From the NCBI GenBank assembly GCA_963668675.2, contig CAXXMB010000001.1, forward strand, positions 1,312,001-1,376,000: a stretch of DNA of 64,000 nt, given 5' to 3'. How positions within the stretch are numbered: position 1 is the first letter of the stretch; every line of letters starts with the position of its first letter. Positions 29,679-40,368 of the stretch are shown piece after piece. Origin of the DNA: an uncultured Desulfatitalea sp. GTDB taxonomy: Bacteria; Desulfobacterota; Desulfobacteria; Desulfobacterales; Desulfosarcinaceae. Both the position numbers and the translations under genes were made by a program. The notes under the pieces were generated by a model. The model ran no database searches. It was not told where the DNA came from and saw nothing but the letters and a program-made list of their open reading frames with translations.

Positions 29679-31201
29679 CAGCGCTGACAAGCGGCATCGA
29701 CGCCCTTATCGGGCTGCTTTCGCCCGAGCGCGGCGTGCGGCGCATGATGGCCCGGGAAGTAATGGGCCATGCGCATCGCCTGGACCGGATCCGGCGCGAG
29801 ACCTATGCCGCGGCCAAGACCAACCGGCTGGTCGGGCCCTGGTCGCCTGGCAACAGCAATGTTAATGATATCATCGGAGCTTCTTCTTCCACGGTGCGCG
29901 CGAGGGTGCGCCAGCTGGTGCGCGACTTTCCCTATTTCGCCCGGGCGGTAAACATCATCGTGGACTACGTGGTAGGCGCCGGGATCGTCTACCAGGCCCG
30001 GGTCCAGGACGCATCAGGCAAGCTGGACCGCAAGACGAACCAGCGCATCGAGGACGTCATCAACCGCTGGGCGGACGAGGCGGACATCTCCGGCAAGCTG
30101 CACTTTTACGAGCTGATGCGCCTTTCCAAGCGACAGGACGTGGAGAGCGGCGAGTTTCTTTTGGTCAAGACCCGCTCGGACGATCGCCGGCGATTTTTAC
30201 CCTTCTGCCTGCAGGCCTACGAGGCGGACTGGTTATCGTCCAATAGGCTACGCAACGTGGCTTCCGGCAACGAGGTGGAGCAAGGCATCGAGTTCAATGC
30301 CGCCACCGGCCGGGTTATCGCCGTTCATCTCACCGATCCGGACAGCTGGGGCAAGACCCGGCGCATCCCGGCAGAAAACGTGATCCACGGCTTCGACATG
30401 CTGCGGCCCGGTCAGCTGCGCGGCATCTCTCCCCTTGCGCCGGCCGTGCTGGTTGCCCACAGCCTGCGAGAATACATGGAGGCCGAGATCGACGCGGCCA
30501 AGATGGCGTCCAAATACCTGGCCCTGATAAAGACCGGTACCCCGATGACCTTCCAGACCGGCGTGGGAGCGGTCACGGACAAGGAGACAAACAAAAAGAT
30601 CGAGGAGCTGGAAAACGCCATCATCCAGTACCTGCGCCCAGGAGAAGAGGTCACCTTCGCCCAGAACCCGCGACCAGGCGACAACTTTCCGCCCTTTGTG
30701 CGCCTGGTGCTGTGCATGCTGGCCGTCACCGCCGGCATCCCTTACGAGCTGCTCTCCGGCAACTACGAAGACATCAACTACTCCACGGCCCGCACCATCC
30801 GCAACGACTTCTCCCAGCAGCTGCGCCCGGTGTGCCGGCGCCACGTGCTGCAGTTCGGCCAGCCCATCGTCCGCGACGTCATCTCCGAGGCCTGGCTGTT
30901 CGGCCGCCTGGACCTGCCAGGCTTTGCAGCCGATCCGCGCCGCTATTTCAAAAGCGAGTGGCAGCCGCCGGGCATGGAGTCGCTCGATCCCCAGCGCGAG
31001 GGCAAAGCCCAGTCCGACGCGGTGACGAACCTGCTGCGTTCTCCCCAGGAGATCGTTCGCGGTCGTGGCCGTGAACTGGAAGATGTCTACAAAGAGATCG
31101 CCGATGCCAACGCCTTGGCCGGCGAGCTCGGATTGCAACTTCCCGCGGCGAAGACAACCAACACCAACCTGCCGGCCCAGGCGACCGCACAGGAGGCATA
31201 G
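29672..31201 (+). CDS. Portal protein, lambda family
   Basis: RARVRQLVRDFPY, ESGEFL, EADWL, RPGQLRGISPLAP, NYSTAR, DPQRE. Confidence 0.95.
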   Translation: MLTALTSGIDALIGLLSPERGVRRMMAREVMGHAHRLDRIRRETYAAAKTNRLVGPWSPGNSNVNDIIGASSSTVRARVRQLVRDFPYFARAVNIIVDYVVGAGIVYQARVQDASGKLDRKTNQRIEDVINRWADEADISGKLHFYELMRLSKRQDVESGEFLLVKTRSDDRRRFLPFCLQAYEADWLSSNRLRNVASGNEVEQGIEFNAATGRVIAVHLTDPDSWGKTRRIPAENVIHGFDMLRPGQLRGISPLAPAVLVAHSLREYMEAEIDAAKMASKYLALIKTGTPMTFQTGVGAVTDKETNKKIEELENAIIQYLRPGEEVTFAQNPRPGDNFPPFVRLVLCMLAVTAGIPYELLSGNYEDINYSTARTIRNDFSQQLRPVCRRHVLQFGQPIVRDVISEAWLFGRLDLPGFAADPRRYFKSEWQPPGMESLDPQREGKAQSDAVTNLLRSPQEIVRGRGRELEDVYKEIADANALAGELGLQLPAAKTTNTNLPAQATAQEA

Positions 31202-31203
31202 CC

Positions 31204-33315
31204 ATGAACCCGTCCGTCATTATACCGTTGACCGTTCGAAGCAAACCGCAACCCAAAGACATGCGCTACCGCACCATGAGCATACGCCTGGCCGGCGACG
31301 GAACGCCGGCCACCCTGGATGCCGACAGCCGCTCCTTCGAGGTGATCGGCGCCACCGAGGCGCCCGTGGAGGTGTTCGACTACGAGCGCCTCGAAGTGGT
31401 GCCCGAAATACTTCTCATGGACGGTTGCGAGATGCCCGGCAACCGCCAGGTGCCGCTGTTAGACACGCACAACCGTTGGGATACCGCCAGCGTATTGGGG
31501 TCCTATCGACAGATGGACGTCGCAAAGGACCAGCTTGTGGGGCGCGTATTCTTTTCCAATACGACCGAGGCCGAAAGCCCTTACACCAAGGCCCGCGAGG
31601 GCCACCTGACCGACTTTAGCGTCGGGTACCGCGTCATCGAAAGCCAGTGGGTGGACGCCGGACAGAAAGCCACCGTCCGGGGCCGCAGCTTCGAAGGTCC
31701 GCTGCGCGTCACCACCCGATGGCGGGTCAAGGAGCTATCCATTTGCCCCATCGGGGCCGACGAGGCGGCCAAGGCCAGAAGCCAACAACCCCCCAGTTCT
31801 CCCAACCACAAGGAGCAAAAGACCATGGACCCTCGATTGAGAGCCTATCTGGAGTCCCGAGGACTGTCCAAGGACGCCGACGAAGCAGCGGCCTGGACCT
31901 TTCTCGATCAACTGCGAACCGAAGACGCGGTCGCGGCCCAATCGCAGCGCACCGCCCAACCGGACCCCGACAACCCGGGCGCCGACCCCGACGTCGACGT
32001 CGACCAGCTGCGCCGCCAGGCCGTTGGCGACGAGCGCGAACGCATCATCAGCATCGACGCCATCTGCCAGCGGGCCGACTGCGAAGAGCTGGCCCGAAAC
32101 TTCATCACCGAAGGCACGCCCGTTGACCAGGTGCGCGAAAAGGTGATGGAGCGCGTGCTTTCAACCATCGAAAACGGCGGCGGGTACGGCCACCGCACCC
32201 CCGTGGAGCTTGGCGCCGACGCCCGCGACAAGTTCCGCGCCGCAGCCGGCCACGCCATGCTCCAACGCGGCGGCGTGATCATCGCCGAGCCGGCCCCCGG
32301 CACCGATGAGCTGCGCGGCTATTCGCTTCGTGAGCTGGCCCGTCACTGCCTGCGTAACGCCGGCATTTCCGACCGGGGCCATGCCATGGAGATGGTCGGT
32401 CGGGCCCTGACCACCTCTGATCTTCCCTTCATCCTGGCCAACGTGGCCAACAAATCGCTGTTCGAAGGCTGGGAAGGCGCCGACGAGACCTGGCGCATCT
32501 GGTGCGACGTGGGATCGGTGAGCGATTTTAAGACTCACTTCGCCCCGCGTCTGTCCGAAGGCGACGACCTGGACCAGATCCCGGACAAAGGCAAGTACAA
32601 GTATGGCGAGCGCACCGAGTCCCAGGAGCAGTACAGCATCGCCACCTACGGCAAGATCGAGGCGATCACCCGCCAGACCATCATCAACGACGACCTAGAC
32701 GCCCTGGTGGTCATCCCCCGCAGCCACGGCGAAATGGCCGCCCGCAAGGTGGGTGACCTGCCCTACGCCGTGCTCACCGCCAACGCGGCCATGGGCGACG
32801 GCGCGGCCCTGTTCGACGCGGCCAAGCACTTCAACCAGGCGGCCACCGCCGGGGTCCCGGCCATGGAGACCATGGCCGAGTGCGACAAGCAGATGGGCAC
32901 CCAGAAGGACCTGCGAGGAAAACGCCGCCTGAACATCAAGCCCCGTTACATCATCCAGCCCATGGCCCTCAAAGGCACCTCGGAGGTCTTCTTCCAGAGC
33001 GAGCGCTACGCCGATTCCGTGACCGAGGCCACCGACAGTTCACTGGCCGCCACCCGGCGCAACATTTACTCCGGCGACACCTTCCAGCGGGTCTATGACG
33101 GCCGTCTGGACGACGACAGCGAGACCGCCTGGTACGCCGCCGCCGAAAAGGGACGCCGGCGCACGGTCACCGTTTTTTTCCTCGACGGCGTGCAGGAGCC
33201 CTACATGGAGATGCAGGCCGGATGGACCGTGGACGGCGTCGAGTACAAGGTGCGCATCGATGCCGGCGCCAAGGCCATGGACTGGCGCGGCCTTTTCAAA
33301 AACGACGGCGAGTAG
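31204..33315 (+). CDS. Prohead protease-major capsid protein fusion
   Basis: N-terminal VPLLDTH / FSVGY / ELSICPIGAD protease; C-terminal capsid TTSDLP.IL, VSDFK, TYGK...ITRQTIINDD, YKVRIDAG. Confidence 0.92.
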   Translation: MNPSVIIPLTVRSKPQPKDMRYRTMSIRLAGDGTPATLDADSRSFEVIGATEAPVEVFDYERLEVVPEILLMDGCEMPGNRQVPLLDTHNRWDTASVLGSYRQMDVAKDQLVGRVFFSNTTEAESPYTKAREGHLTDFSVGYRVIESQWVDAGQKATVRGRSFEGPLRVTTRWRVKELSICPIGADEAAKARSQQPPSSPNHKEQKTMDPRLRAYLESRGLSKDADEAAAWTFLDQLRTEDAVAAQSQRTAQPDPDNPGADPDVDVDQLRRQAVGDERERIISIDAICQRADCEELARNFITEGTPVDQVREKVMERVLSTIENGGGYGHRTPVELGADARDKFRAAAGHAMLQRGGVIIAEPAPGTDELRGYSLRELARHCLRNAGISDRGHAMEMVGRALTTSDLPFILANVANKSLFEGWEGADETWRIWCDVGSVSDFKTHFAPRLSEGDDLDQIPDKGKYKYGERTESQEQYSIATYGKIEAITRQTIINDDLDALVVIPRSHGEMAARKVGDLPYAVLTANAAMGDGAALFDAAKHFNQAATAGVPAMETMAECDKQMGTQKDLRGKRRLNIKPRYIIQPMALKGTSEVFFQSERYADSVTEATDSSLAATRRNIYSGDTFQRVYDGRLDDDSETAWYAAAEKGRRRTVTVFFLDGVQEPYMEMQAGWTVDGVEYKVRIDAGAKAMDWRGLFKNDGE

Positions 33316-33389
33316 GCCGATCGCAACCCCCCGGGCGGGCCTCCAGCCGGCGGTCCGCCCCATCATGAAGCAAACGGAGGAAACACACC

Positions 33390-33785
33390 ATGCAAGCATC
33401 CGGACTGGAGTCATACAAGAACGTGGCCTACTTCGAGTGGGATCATGACAAGCACGGCGGTCTCATCGGCGATACCCCCGTGGGCGGCGACGCCCTGCCG
33501 GCCGGCGCGGTCATCACCGGCGGAATGGTTTACGTGAAAAAGGGCCTGGCCGGCTCGGGCGCCTTCATGGCCGTGCGGGCCCTTGGCGTCAGCGACATCC
33601 TGGCGGCCACCGAAGTCGCCAACCTTACCGAAAACGCCCTGCTGGCCATCGCGCCGGTGCCCCAAACCGCCGGCACCTGGATCCGCCTGACAGCCAACCT
33701 GACCGCCCTGGTCTTCACCCCGTCGGTGGCGGCGATTACGGCCGGCAAAATCGTGGTCGCCCTGGAGTACTTCATCCCGGCCTAA
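33390..33785 (+). CDS. Virion structural protein (possible head decoration)
   Basis: Position after capsid, strong SD, beta-rich LPAGAVITGG motif. Confidence 0.65.
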   Translation: MQASGLESYKNVAYFEWDHDKHGGLIGDTPVGGDALPAGAVITGGMVYVKKGLAGSGAFMAVRALGVSDILAATEVANLTENALLAIAPVPQTAGTWIRLTANLTALVFTPSVAAITAGKIVVALEYFIPA

Positions 33786-33801
33786 AAGGAGCCGCCCGGA
33801 C

Positions 33802-34278
33802 ATGAACCTTTATGCTTTATACGCGGCCATTCGAGATGGCGTGGCCCAGGATGCGGAACTTGCTACCTGGGCCACCGCTCGATTTTCCAGAAGCGTGACG
33901 GTGTTCGCGGGCCTGGCCGGCAGCCGCATGCCCTACACCGACGACGATGCGCCCTTCGTGGTGCTCGGCGACCCGGCCGACCGCCGGGGCATGGAAGATA
34001 GCACCATCGATTATGAGGTATCCGGCTGGATCGGCCTGTCGTGCGGGCAGATGCGCGAAGATTCGCTCGCCAACGTGATCGAGCCGGCCGGCGTCGAGCA
34101 GATCGCCCAGGCGCTGACCCTAGTCCGCGACGCCATGCAAGCCGTGCTACCCGACGACATCGTCCTTGCGGCCTTCGAGACCGCCGCCGACACTATGGGC
34201 GCCGGCGATGAGGTCCACGGGCATTTCCAGGTTGCGCTGATCCAGCGGCTGACCCTGGGCCAACATCCGCTCGAATGA
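33802..34278 (+). CDS. Putative head-tail / tail completion protein
   Basis: Position between head genes and tail tube; AGGAG SD. Confidence 0.6.
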   Translation: MNLYALYAAIRDGVAQDAELATWATARFSRSVTVFAGLAGSRMPYTDDDAPFVVLGDPADRRGMEDSTIDYEVSGWIGLSCGQMREDSLANVIEPAGVEQIAQALTLVRDAMQAVLPDDIVLAAFETAADTMGAGDEVHGHFQVALIQRLTLGQHPLE

Positions 34279-34316
34279 CGCCAGAAACCAACCCTATTTA
34301 AGTAAGGACATAGACC

Positions 34317-35264
34317 ATGGCACAACAACGCGGCGCTAACGTCAAGATCGCTATCGGCTTCGAGGCCGCCTTTGCCACGCCCCCGGCCGAAGGCTTCATC
34401 CTGCCGATCAACAGCACCACCGTAAAGCCTGCCCAGACCGTCAACGCGGCCGCCACCCTCACCGGCAGCCGCAACCCGGTCCAGCCGTTCCGCGGCAATA
34501 AGGACGTGAGCGGCCAGATCGTCGTGCCGGTGGACACCCGAGCCATGTGGTACTGGCTGCGCGCCATGTTCGGTGCCCCGGTCATCACCGGATCCGCTGC
34601 GCCCTACCTGCACGAGTTCAGCGTGCCCCAGCTGCAGCCGTCGCTCACCATCGAGCAGCACATGACCGACTTGGCCGTCCCGCGCTACATCCGCTACCTG
34701 GGCTGCAAGATCGCTTCGGCCGCCATCACCGTGGGCGGCGACGGCGAGCTGGTGATGACCTTGAGCGTGGTGGGAGCGGACTTTGAAATCGCCACCAGCC
34801 CCTTTGTGGCCTCCCCTACGCAGGTTAACCTGTCCCGGGTCAACAACTTCCAGGCCGCCGTCACCGAAGGCGGCGCCGTGCTCTCCAACGCTCCCCAGAT
34901 CGAGCTCAACCTGGACATGGGCCTGGACACCGACACCTTCGTCATCGGCGGGGGCGGCGTGCGCGGCGACATCACCGAGGGCATCCTTTCGATCGGCGGA
35001 TCGTTGACCACGCTATTTAAGGACGACACCCTGCTGGTCAAGGCGATCGACGGCACCGAAAGCGCCTTGAAGCTCACCGTCACCGCCAACGCCAACAGCA
35101 TCTTCGAGCTGGAGATGCAAGAGATCGAATACGCCGTCAACGGTCCCGAGGTGCCCGGTCCCCAAGGCGTGCGCGTGACGCTCGACTTTCAGGCGTACCA
35201 CGACGACGGCGCCGCCGACTCGGCCATTGTGGCCCGTCTGACCAACGCGGACGCCCACGCATAA
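34317..35264 (+). CDS. Phage tail tube (major tail) protein
   Basis: Q.G....IAIG.E..F.TP start, GN.DVSGQI, PSLTIE, Y.GCKI; precedes the chaperone and tape measure; no sheath gene. Confidence 0.85.
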   Translation: MAQQRGANVKIAIGFEAAFATPPAEGFILPINSTTVKPAQTVNAAATLTGSRNPVQPFRGNKDVSGQIVVPVDTRAMWYWLRAMFGAPVITGSAAPYLHEFSVPQLQPSLTIEQHMTDLAVPRYIRYLGCKIASAAITVGGDGELVMTLSVVGADFEIATSPFVASPTQVNLSRVNNFQAAVTEGGAVLSNAPQIELNLDMGLDTDTFVIGGGGVRGDITEGILSIGGSLTTLFKDDTLLVKAIDGTESALKLTVTANANSIFELEMQEIEYAVNGPEVPGPQGVRVTLDFQAYHDDGAADSAIVARLTNADAHA

Positions 35265-35329
35265 GCATTTTTACTGCCAACTGTTAAGGGTCCGCCCGGG
35301 CCCTTCGCGCATCCATCAAAGGAGACATC

Positions 35330-35659
35330 ATGCGGGAAGTAAAATTGTCCAACGGCGAAACGGTCAGCGTGCGCGGCCTGCGCCGCAGCGAGATCAAATC
35401 GCTTTCCCAGTACGGCATCGGATATATGCGATGTGAAGTATACAACCTGAAAGGAGAAGATCAGGACAAGGCCATCGATGCCGTGCTGGCCACCCAGTTC
35501 AAAGAAGGCGAGCTGGAAGTGGAAAATTCTGATCTGCTCGAAGTATTCAACGCCATCTGCAAGGAGACCTGGTCATCGAGGCAAGAGGAAAAAAACTTGT
35601 CTCGGTCTGGTCCGAGCGATCAGACCGCACCCGAAGAGAGTACTGCCGAACATGCGTAG
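35330..35659 (+). CDS. Tail assembly chaperone (gpG-like)
   Basis: Between tail tube and tape measure; EEKN motif over a slippery heptamer. Confidence 0.8.
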   Translation: MREVKLSNGETVSVRGLRRSEIKSLSQYGIGYMRCEVYNLKGEDQDKAIDAVLATQFKEGELEVENSDLLEVFNAICKETWSSRQEEKNLSRSGPSDQTAPEESTAEHA

Positions 35660-36036
35660 AGACCGCAACACAGAAGGGCCGGGCCGCGCCGTGCTGCTCG
35701 TGTGCGTGGACGACATCCGCCACACCATTGCTGCCGGGCAATCGGGAGGCCCTGGATTTGTGGCTGCACGTCAACACGCAGTGGCGCGCGGCTGGCTTTG
35801 CGCTGATCGGGCTGGACTACTGCGCCGTCAAGGCCATTGCGCAGGATCTGGGCATCCAGTGGACCGCCGGACTGTGGCGCAAGATGCTGGCCCTGGAGCG
35901 GTTCGAAAAGACCCGGGAGGAAAGCGCAAATGATATCGCTCGAGGCGACGATCAAAGGATCGAAAAACGTCATCCGGGGTTTGAACCGGGCCCGGGCGCG
36001 CATGTTAAAGGCCGAAAATACCGCTGTTCGCGTTGA
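35590..36036 (+). CDS. -1 frameshift extension of the tail chaperone (gpGT-like, DUF1799-like)
   Basis: A AAA AAC at 35590-35596; the -1 frame is open and reads KLVSVW...YCRTC...CCSC...LLPGNREA.DLW....TQWR...GLDY. Confidence 0.8.
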   Translation, partial: KKLVSVWSERSDRTRREYCRTCVETATQKGRAAPCCSCAWTTSATPLLPGNREALDLWLHVNTQWRAAGFALIGLDYCAVKAIAQDLGIQWTAGLWRKMLALERFEKTREESANDIARGDDQRIEKRHPGFEPGPGAHVKGRKYRCSR

Positions 36037-36559
36037 AGGCTTTCGCCTGATGAACCTGCTGCGCCGCGAGATCCGGGCAGGGGCTCCGGGCGGGCGACAC
36101 TTTGCCAGGCTTTCCACACTGGCCCGCCGATCGGGCAGCCCGAAGCGGCTGCGCCCGGATCGTCCATTGTATGCGATGTCGTATCGCATCGGTTACGACG
36201 ATCACAACCGCGCATCGCCCGCCAAGCTTTCCATCGGGTTCGTGGGCAGGGCATCGTCTGAGACGTGGCGCAAGCTTGCCAAACTGCATCAGGAAGGGTT
36301 GACGTTCGCATCGGGCTCACGCCTTGGCACGCGCAATACGGGGATGTGGCCGCGAAAGCGCGCCTATTTTCGCTGGGTCGCATCGAAGTTATCCGCCCGG
36401 GCAACCGGAAGAAAGCATCTTTTAATTAAAAAAAGCACCCGGCAATTTTCTATCCCGCCCCGCCCCATCATCGATCCGTTCTGGCGGGCGCACCGTGCCG
36501 AAGCCCTGCGCAACATCGTAGCCAATACCCGTCGCAAGCTGCGCGGCGAAAGGATCTGA
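35930..36559 (+). CDS. Basic phage virion morphogenesis / tail protein
   Basis: GGGAGG SD, Arg-rich, C-terminal IPPRPII.PF motif. Confidence 0.65.
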   Translation: MISLEATIKGSKNVIRGLNRARARMLKAENTAVRVEGFRLMNLLRREIRAGAPGGRHFARLSTLARRSGSPKRLRPDRPLYAMSYRIGYDDHNRASPAKLSIGFVGRASSETWRKLAKLHQEGLTFASGSRLGTRNTGMWPRKRAYFRWVASKLSARATGRKHLLIKKSTRQFSIPPRPIIDPFWRAHRAEALRNIVANTRRKLRGERI

Positions 36560-36562
36560 TCC

Positions 36563-38416
36563 ATGGCCGATGCCAAGCTGGAGATACTGCTGGCCGCAAA
36601 GAACACCGCCGATGCGGCGTTCGACAAGGTCAAGAATCAGATCAACGGACTGACCAAGGCATCCAACCTGCTCAAGGGAGCCTTTGCCGGCGCCCTTGCC
36701 GGCCTATCCATCGCCGGTGCCGTGCATGCGTTCAACAGCCTGACCGATTCGGCCAGCGACCTGCAAGAGACGGTCAATAAAGTACGCGAAGTCTTCGGCA
36801 GCGATCTGGCCGCAACGCTTGACCGATGGGCCGAAGGCGCCGCCGACGCCATGGGCCTTGCCAAGCAGCAGGCCTTAGAGGCCGTCGGCACCATCGGTTA
36901 CATGTTCCAGCAAATCGGCGCATCGGGGCAGCAGGCCGTCTCCACCAGCCAGGACCTGGTGCAGCTGGCCGCCGACATCGCCTCGTTCAACAACGTGGCC
37001 GGCGGCGCCAACCAGGTGCTGGCCGACATGCAATCGGCCTTTCGCGGCGAATACGACCCCATCCAGAAGTACATCGGCACCATCAACGCCGCTGCCGTCG
37101 AGCAGGAGGCCCTGGCCCGCACCGGCAAAAAGAGCAACAAAGAGCTGACCCAACTGGACAAAACCATGGCCGCCGTGGCCGTGATCACCCGTGATGCAGG
37201 GGTTGCCGCCGGAGACTATGCGCGCACCAGCGGATCGCTGGCCAATCAGCAGCGCGAGCTCGATGCCCGGATGGAAAACTTGCGGGCGACGATCGGAACG
37301 CACTTGATCCCCGCCAAGACCGCCCTGATCACCAAACTCAACGAGTGGATCGAGAAAAACGGCGATCTTTTAGCCCAGGACATGGCCACATGGGTGTCGA
37401 ACTTTGCGGATAACTTGAATAGCCTTGCCAACGCCGCGGCAGCGGTGCTCAACGGCCTTGCCGGCATCGCCAAGTACGCAGGCCTGCGAAGTGTCCAGGG
37501 AACCTTTGCCCAGGCCGTTGAACTGAGCAATAAAGGCTACCTCGACTTGACCGAGTTTGCCCGCCTCGGCCTGCTTGAGCGCCAGCGCCTCGTTGACGAT
37601 ATTCTGGCCAAGCAGGCGATGATCGACGCCGTGCCGGGATACTCTGCAGATGATTTTGCCAGTGCGGAAGCCTCTATCCCTAAAACCGCGCCATCACTGC
37701 CATCACCGGGTGGTCAAACCACGCCCGGACTGCTGCAACCGCGCCTGCCTTCCCCACCGCAGCTATCAACCCCCTACGAGGGCGACCTTACCGATTGGCT
37801 TCTTCTCACCGGCCCTGACAGCGATGCGGACCAGGCCTATCGGGAAATAGAAGAGATGATCCAACGCCGCAACGAGCTGTTCGAACAGGGCAACCGGGAA
37901 CTGACCGAGATCAGCCAGCACACCGCCGAGCAGATGCAAAGCGCGCTGAGCGATTTTTTCTTCGATGCCATCACCGGGGAGTTGAAGACCTTCGAGGATT
38001 ACTGGCGCTCGTTCTGGCAATCCATGGCGCGCATGGCCTCGGAAGCCATCGCCCAGATCCTGATCCAACAGGCTCTCGGGCAGTCCGCCAGCAACAGCGG
38101 CGGCAGCGGCGGGGGCGGATGGATCGGCGCCCTGGCCAACCTGGCGGTCAACCTGGCCACGCGAGACAGTGGCGGCCCCGTTGCGCCTGGGGGGATGTAC
38201 GAAATCGGGGTGCCGGAGATCCTGCACTCCGGGGGCAAGCAGTACTTGATGATGGGGGGCAACCAGGGCGGCTACGTTGAGCCTCTGAATGAAGGCGGCC
38301 AGGGAGGACAAAACATCCGCATCATCAATGCCGTGGACCCGTCCCTTGTAGAGGAGTGGGCCAACTCTCCATCGGGCGAACAGGTGATTATGAACATCAT
38401 CAGAAGGAACCAGTAG
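36563..38416 (+). CDS. Tail tape measure protein (617 aa)
   Basis: Ala-rich helical protein; ASDLQET.NK...VFG, LAADIASFNN; C-terminal GGPV..G..Y.IG.PE. Confidence 0.88.
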   Translation: MADAKLEILLAAKNTADAAFDKVKNQINGLTKASNLLKGAFAGALAGLSIAGAVHAFNSLTDSASDLQETVNKVREVFGSDLAATLDRWAEGAADAMGLAKQQALEAVGTIGYMFQQIGASGQQAVSTSQDLVQLAADIASFNNVAGGANQVLADMQSAFRGEYDPIQKYIGTINAAAVEQEALARTGKKSNKELTQLDKTMAAVAVITRDAGVAAGDYARTSGSLANQQRELDARMENLRATIGTHLIPAKTALITKLNEWIEKNGDLLAQDMATWVSNFADNLNSLANAAAAVLNGLAGIAKYAGLRSVQGTFAQAVELSNKGYLDLTEFARLGLLERQRLVDDILAKQAMIDAVPGYSADDFASAEASIPKTAPSLPSPGGQTTPGLLQPRLPSPPQLSTPYEGDLTDWLLLTGPDSDADQAYREIEEMIQRRNELFEQGNRELTEISQHTAEQMQSALSDFFFDAITGELKTFEDYWRSFWQSMARMASEAIAQILIQQALGQSASNSGGSGGGGWIGALANLAVNLATRDSGGPVAPGGMYEIGVPEILHSGGKQYLMMGGNQGGYVEPLNEGGQGGQNIRIINAVDPSLVEEWANSPSGEQVIMNIIRRNQ

Positions 38417-38417
38417 C

Positions 38418-39353
38418 ATGGCCGTCCAGACCGGCACCGCAACCGACTACCTTGATCTGCTCGATGCGCTGCGCACCTTCATGCTGGCCAACGGCTGGAC
38501 GTCGCTCAGGTGGAGCGGGGCCAGCGAGTTTATCGCCGTGGGCGAGGGCCTGGGGGCAACGGATGAGATCTACGTCGGCATCAATGGCGAAGAAAATTCC
38601 GGAGAGGACTGGTTCAACTGGCAGTTAAACGGCATGACCGGCTTTGAGTCCGGCTTGGATTTCAATGCCCAGCCAGGCAACATCGGAAACAGCCTGGCCG
38701 CTAATCTTCCGCGCATGCACCTTTGGAACAGCTCGATTCCCTATTGGTTCGTGGTCAATGCACGGCGGGTGATCGTGGTGGCCAAGATCTCAACGGTCTA
38801 CCAGCTCGGCTACCTGGGCTGGATCAACCCCTATCTTCCGGCCGTCAATATGCCCTACCCCATGCTCATCGCCGGCACCTCCACGGCCAGCAATGGATCG
38901 CGCTGGAGCCACGTGCACGACACCCACTCGTTCGGCGTGATGCAGCCGGTGTGCGCCAACGGATCGAGCACGGAAAACACCATCCTGACCAACCCGCGCT
39001 CTTCTGCCCGGTTCTGGTTCGGTGAGTGGCATGGCGTTCAGAACTACTACAACAGCTCGCTATCCAATGCCACGCGCTGGAAAACCATCTGGCCCTATGT
39101 CACCCGCAGCGGACCGCACTTTTCAAGCATGCGTACCAACCCGGTCGACGCCGGCTATGTGCTCACGCCGGTGATCGTCAATTTTACTTCACCATCGAAG
39201 TATGTCTTTGGCGAGCTGGACGGTATCTTTCACGTCTCCGGGTTTTCCAACGCGGCCGAAAACATCATCACCATCGGCGCTGACGACTACCTGGTGGTGC
39301 AAAACGTCTACCGCAACACGATCGGCGATTATTGCGCCGTGAAGCTGGCTTAA
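38418..39353 (+). CDS. Virion structural (tail tip) protein
   Basis: MAVQTGTATDYLDLLD.LRTF...NGWT; YWFVVN.RR..VVAK; GELDG; resembles tail-tip proteins of D3112-like siphoviruses. Confidence 0.75.
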   Translation: MAVQTGTATDYLDLLDALRTFMLANGWTSLRWSGASEFIAVGEGLGATDEIYVGINGEENSGEDWFNWQLNGMTGFESGLDFNAQPGNIGNSLAANLPRMHLWNSSIPYWFVVNARRVIVVAKISTVYQLGYLGWINPYLPAVNMPYPMLIAGTSTASNGSRWSHVHDTHSFGVMQPVCANGSSTENTILTNPRSSARFWFGEWHGVQNYYNSSLSNATRWKTIWPYVTRSGPHFSSMRTNPVDAGYVLTPVIVNFTSPSKYVFGELDGIFHVSGFSNAAENIITIGADDYLVVQNVYRNTIGDYCAVKLA

Positions 39354-39363
39354 AGGGGGGCCA

Positions 39364-40368
39364 ATGGACTACGAAACCGGTTCGGCCACCGATGCCCACG
39401 ACATGCTGGACAAGATCCGGACCTTTCTGGTTGCAAACGGCTGGACCCAGAACGGTTACGTCTCTGAGACCTACGGCTATCGTCTTCACCTGAACAAGGG
39501 CCCCCTTTATATCAACATGTTTTCTGGCATCGCCACAGATCCGATATCCGGCAATACGTGGTATTCGACCACCTACCGCATGAGCGGCATTGCGGTTTCA
39601 CCGTCCACCGGCTTCAACGCCTCGCCGACCGGGGCAAAAGCGTGGAAGAACATGCCCGGCGCACCGGTCCATGATCCATCCTATTTCGATTATGCCGATG
39701 ACATTTTCGGGTGTGCGGTGGCGGATATGACCGGCGCGGTGATCAGCTATCATCTTGTGGCCGACGGCGATCAGTTCATTGCGGCCATGGAGATCTCCAC
39801 GGGTGTCTATCGCTGGATCGCCTTCGGATTGCTCGATGCCTACGGCAGCATCGGATCCTCGCCCAACGGGTTTTACGTGAGCACCAGTTCGTGCATGGGT
39901 GGATCCAGCTCGAGCGGCCTCGGTTACGAAGAGCTTCGCCGCATCTTCGCCCACATGCGCTCTTCCGACACATCCTATCCAAACGCCACGGTGCGCTTCA
40001 ATGATGGTTGGGCTGTGCCCGGCGGCAATCCGGTCGGCGATGTCGCCCAGCCCATATCGGCCATCGGGTACGGGTACACGCCATATCAGGATACCTCCAT
40101 AACCTGGGGCGCGATGCACGGATTGCTTTCTTCCATGCCGGCGGACATCGGCGGGCTTTCTCCCTTGCTTCCGGCCCAGATCGGTGTGGTCTACTCCGGC
40201 AACCCGGTACCGATTGGGCACTTCGGCCTGGCCCGCATTACCCACATGGACGGCTTTTCAGTGGGGCAGTCAATCACTGTCGGAAGTGAAGACTTCGTGG
40301 TGCTGCCATGCAACAACGCCGATTTTGACTACCCCTACGCCATTGCTATCAGGGTGACGGGCGCATGA
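39364..40368 (+). CDS. Virion structural (tail tip) protein, paralogous to the preceding gene
   Basis: N-terminus YETGSATDAHDMLDKIRTFLVANGWT mirrors the previous gene. Confidence 0.75.
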   Translation: MDYETGSATDAHDMLDKIRTFLVANGWTQNGYVSETYGYRLHLNKGPLYINMFSGIATDPISGNTWYSTTYRMSGIAVSPSTGFNASPTGAKAWKNMPGAPVHDPSYFDYADDIFGCAVADMTGAVISYHLVADGDQFIAAMEISTGVYRWIAFGLLDAYGSIGSSPNGFYVSTSSCMGGSSSSGLGYEELRRIFAHMRSSDTSYPNATVRFNDGWAVPGGNPVGDVAQPISAIGYGYTPYQDTSITWGAMHGLLSSMPADIGGLSPLLPAQIGVVYSGNPVPIGHFGLARITHMDGFSVGQSITVGSEDFVVLPCNNADFDYPYAIAIRVTGA

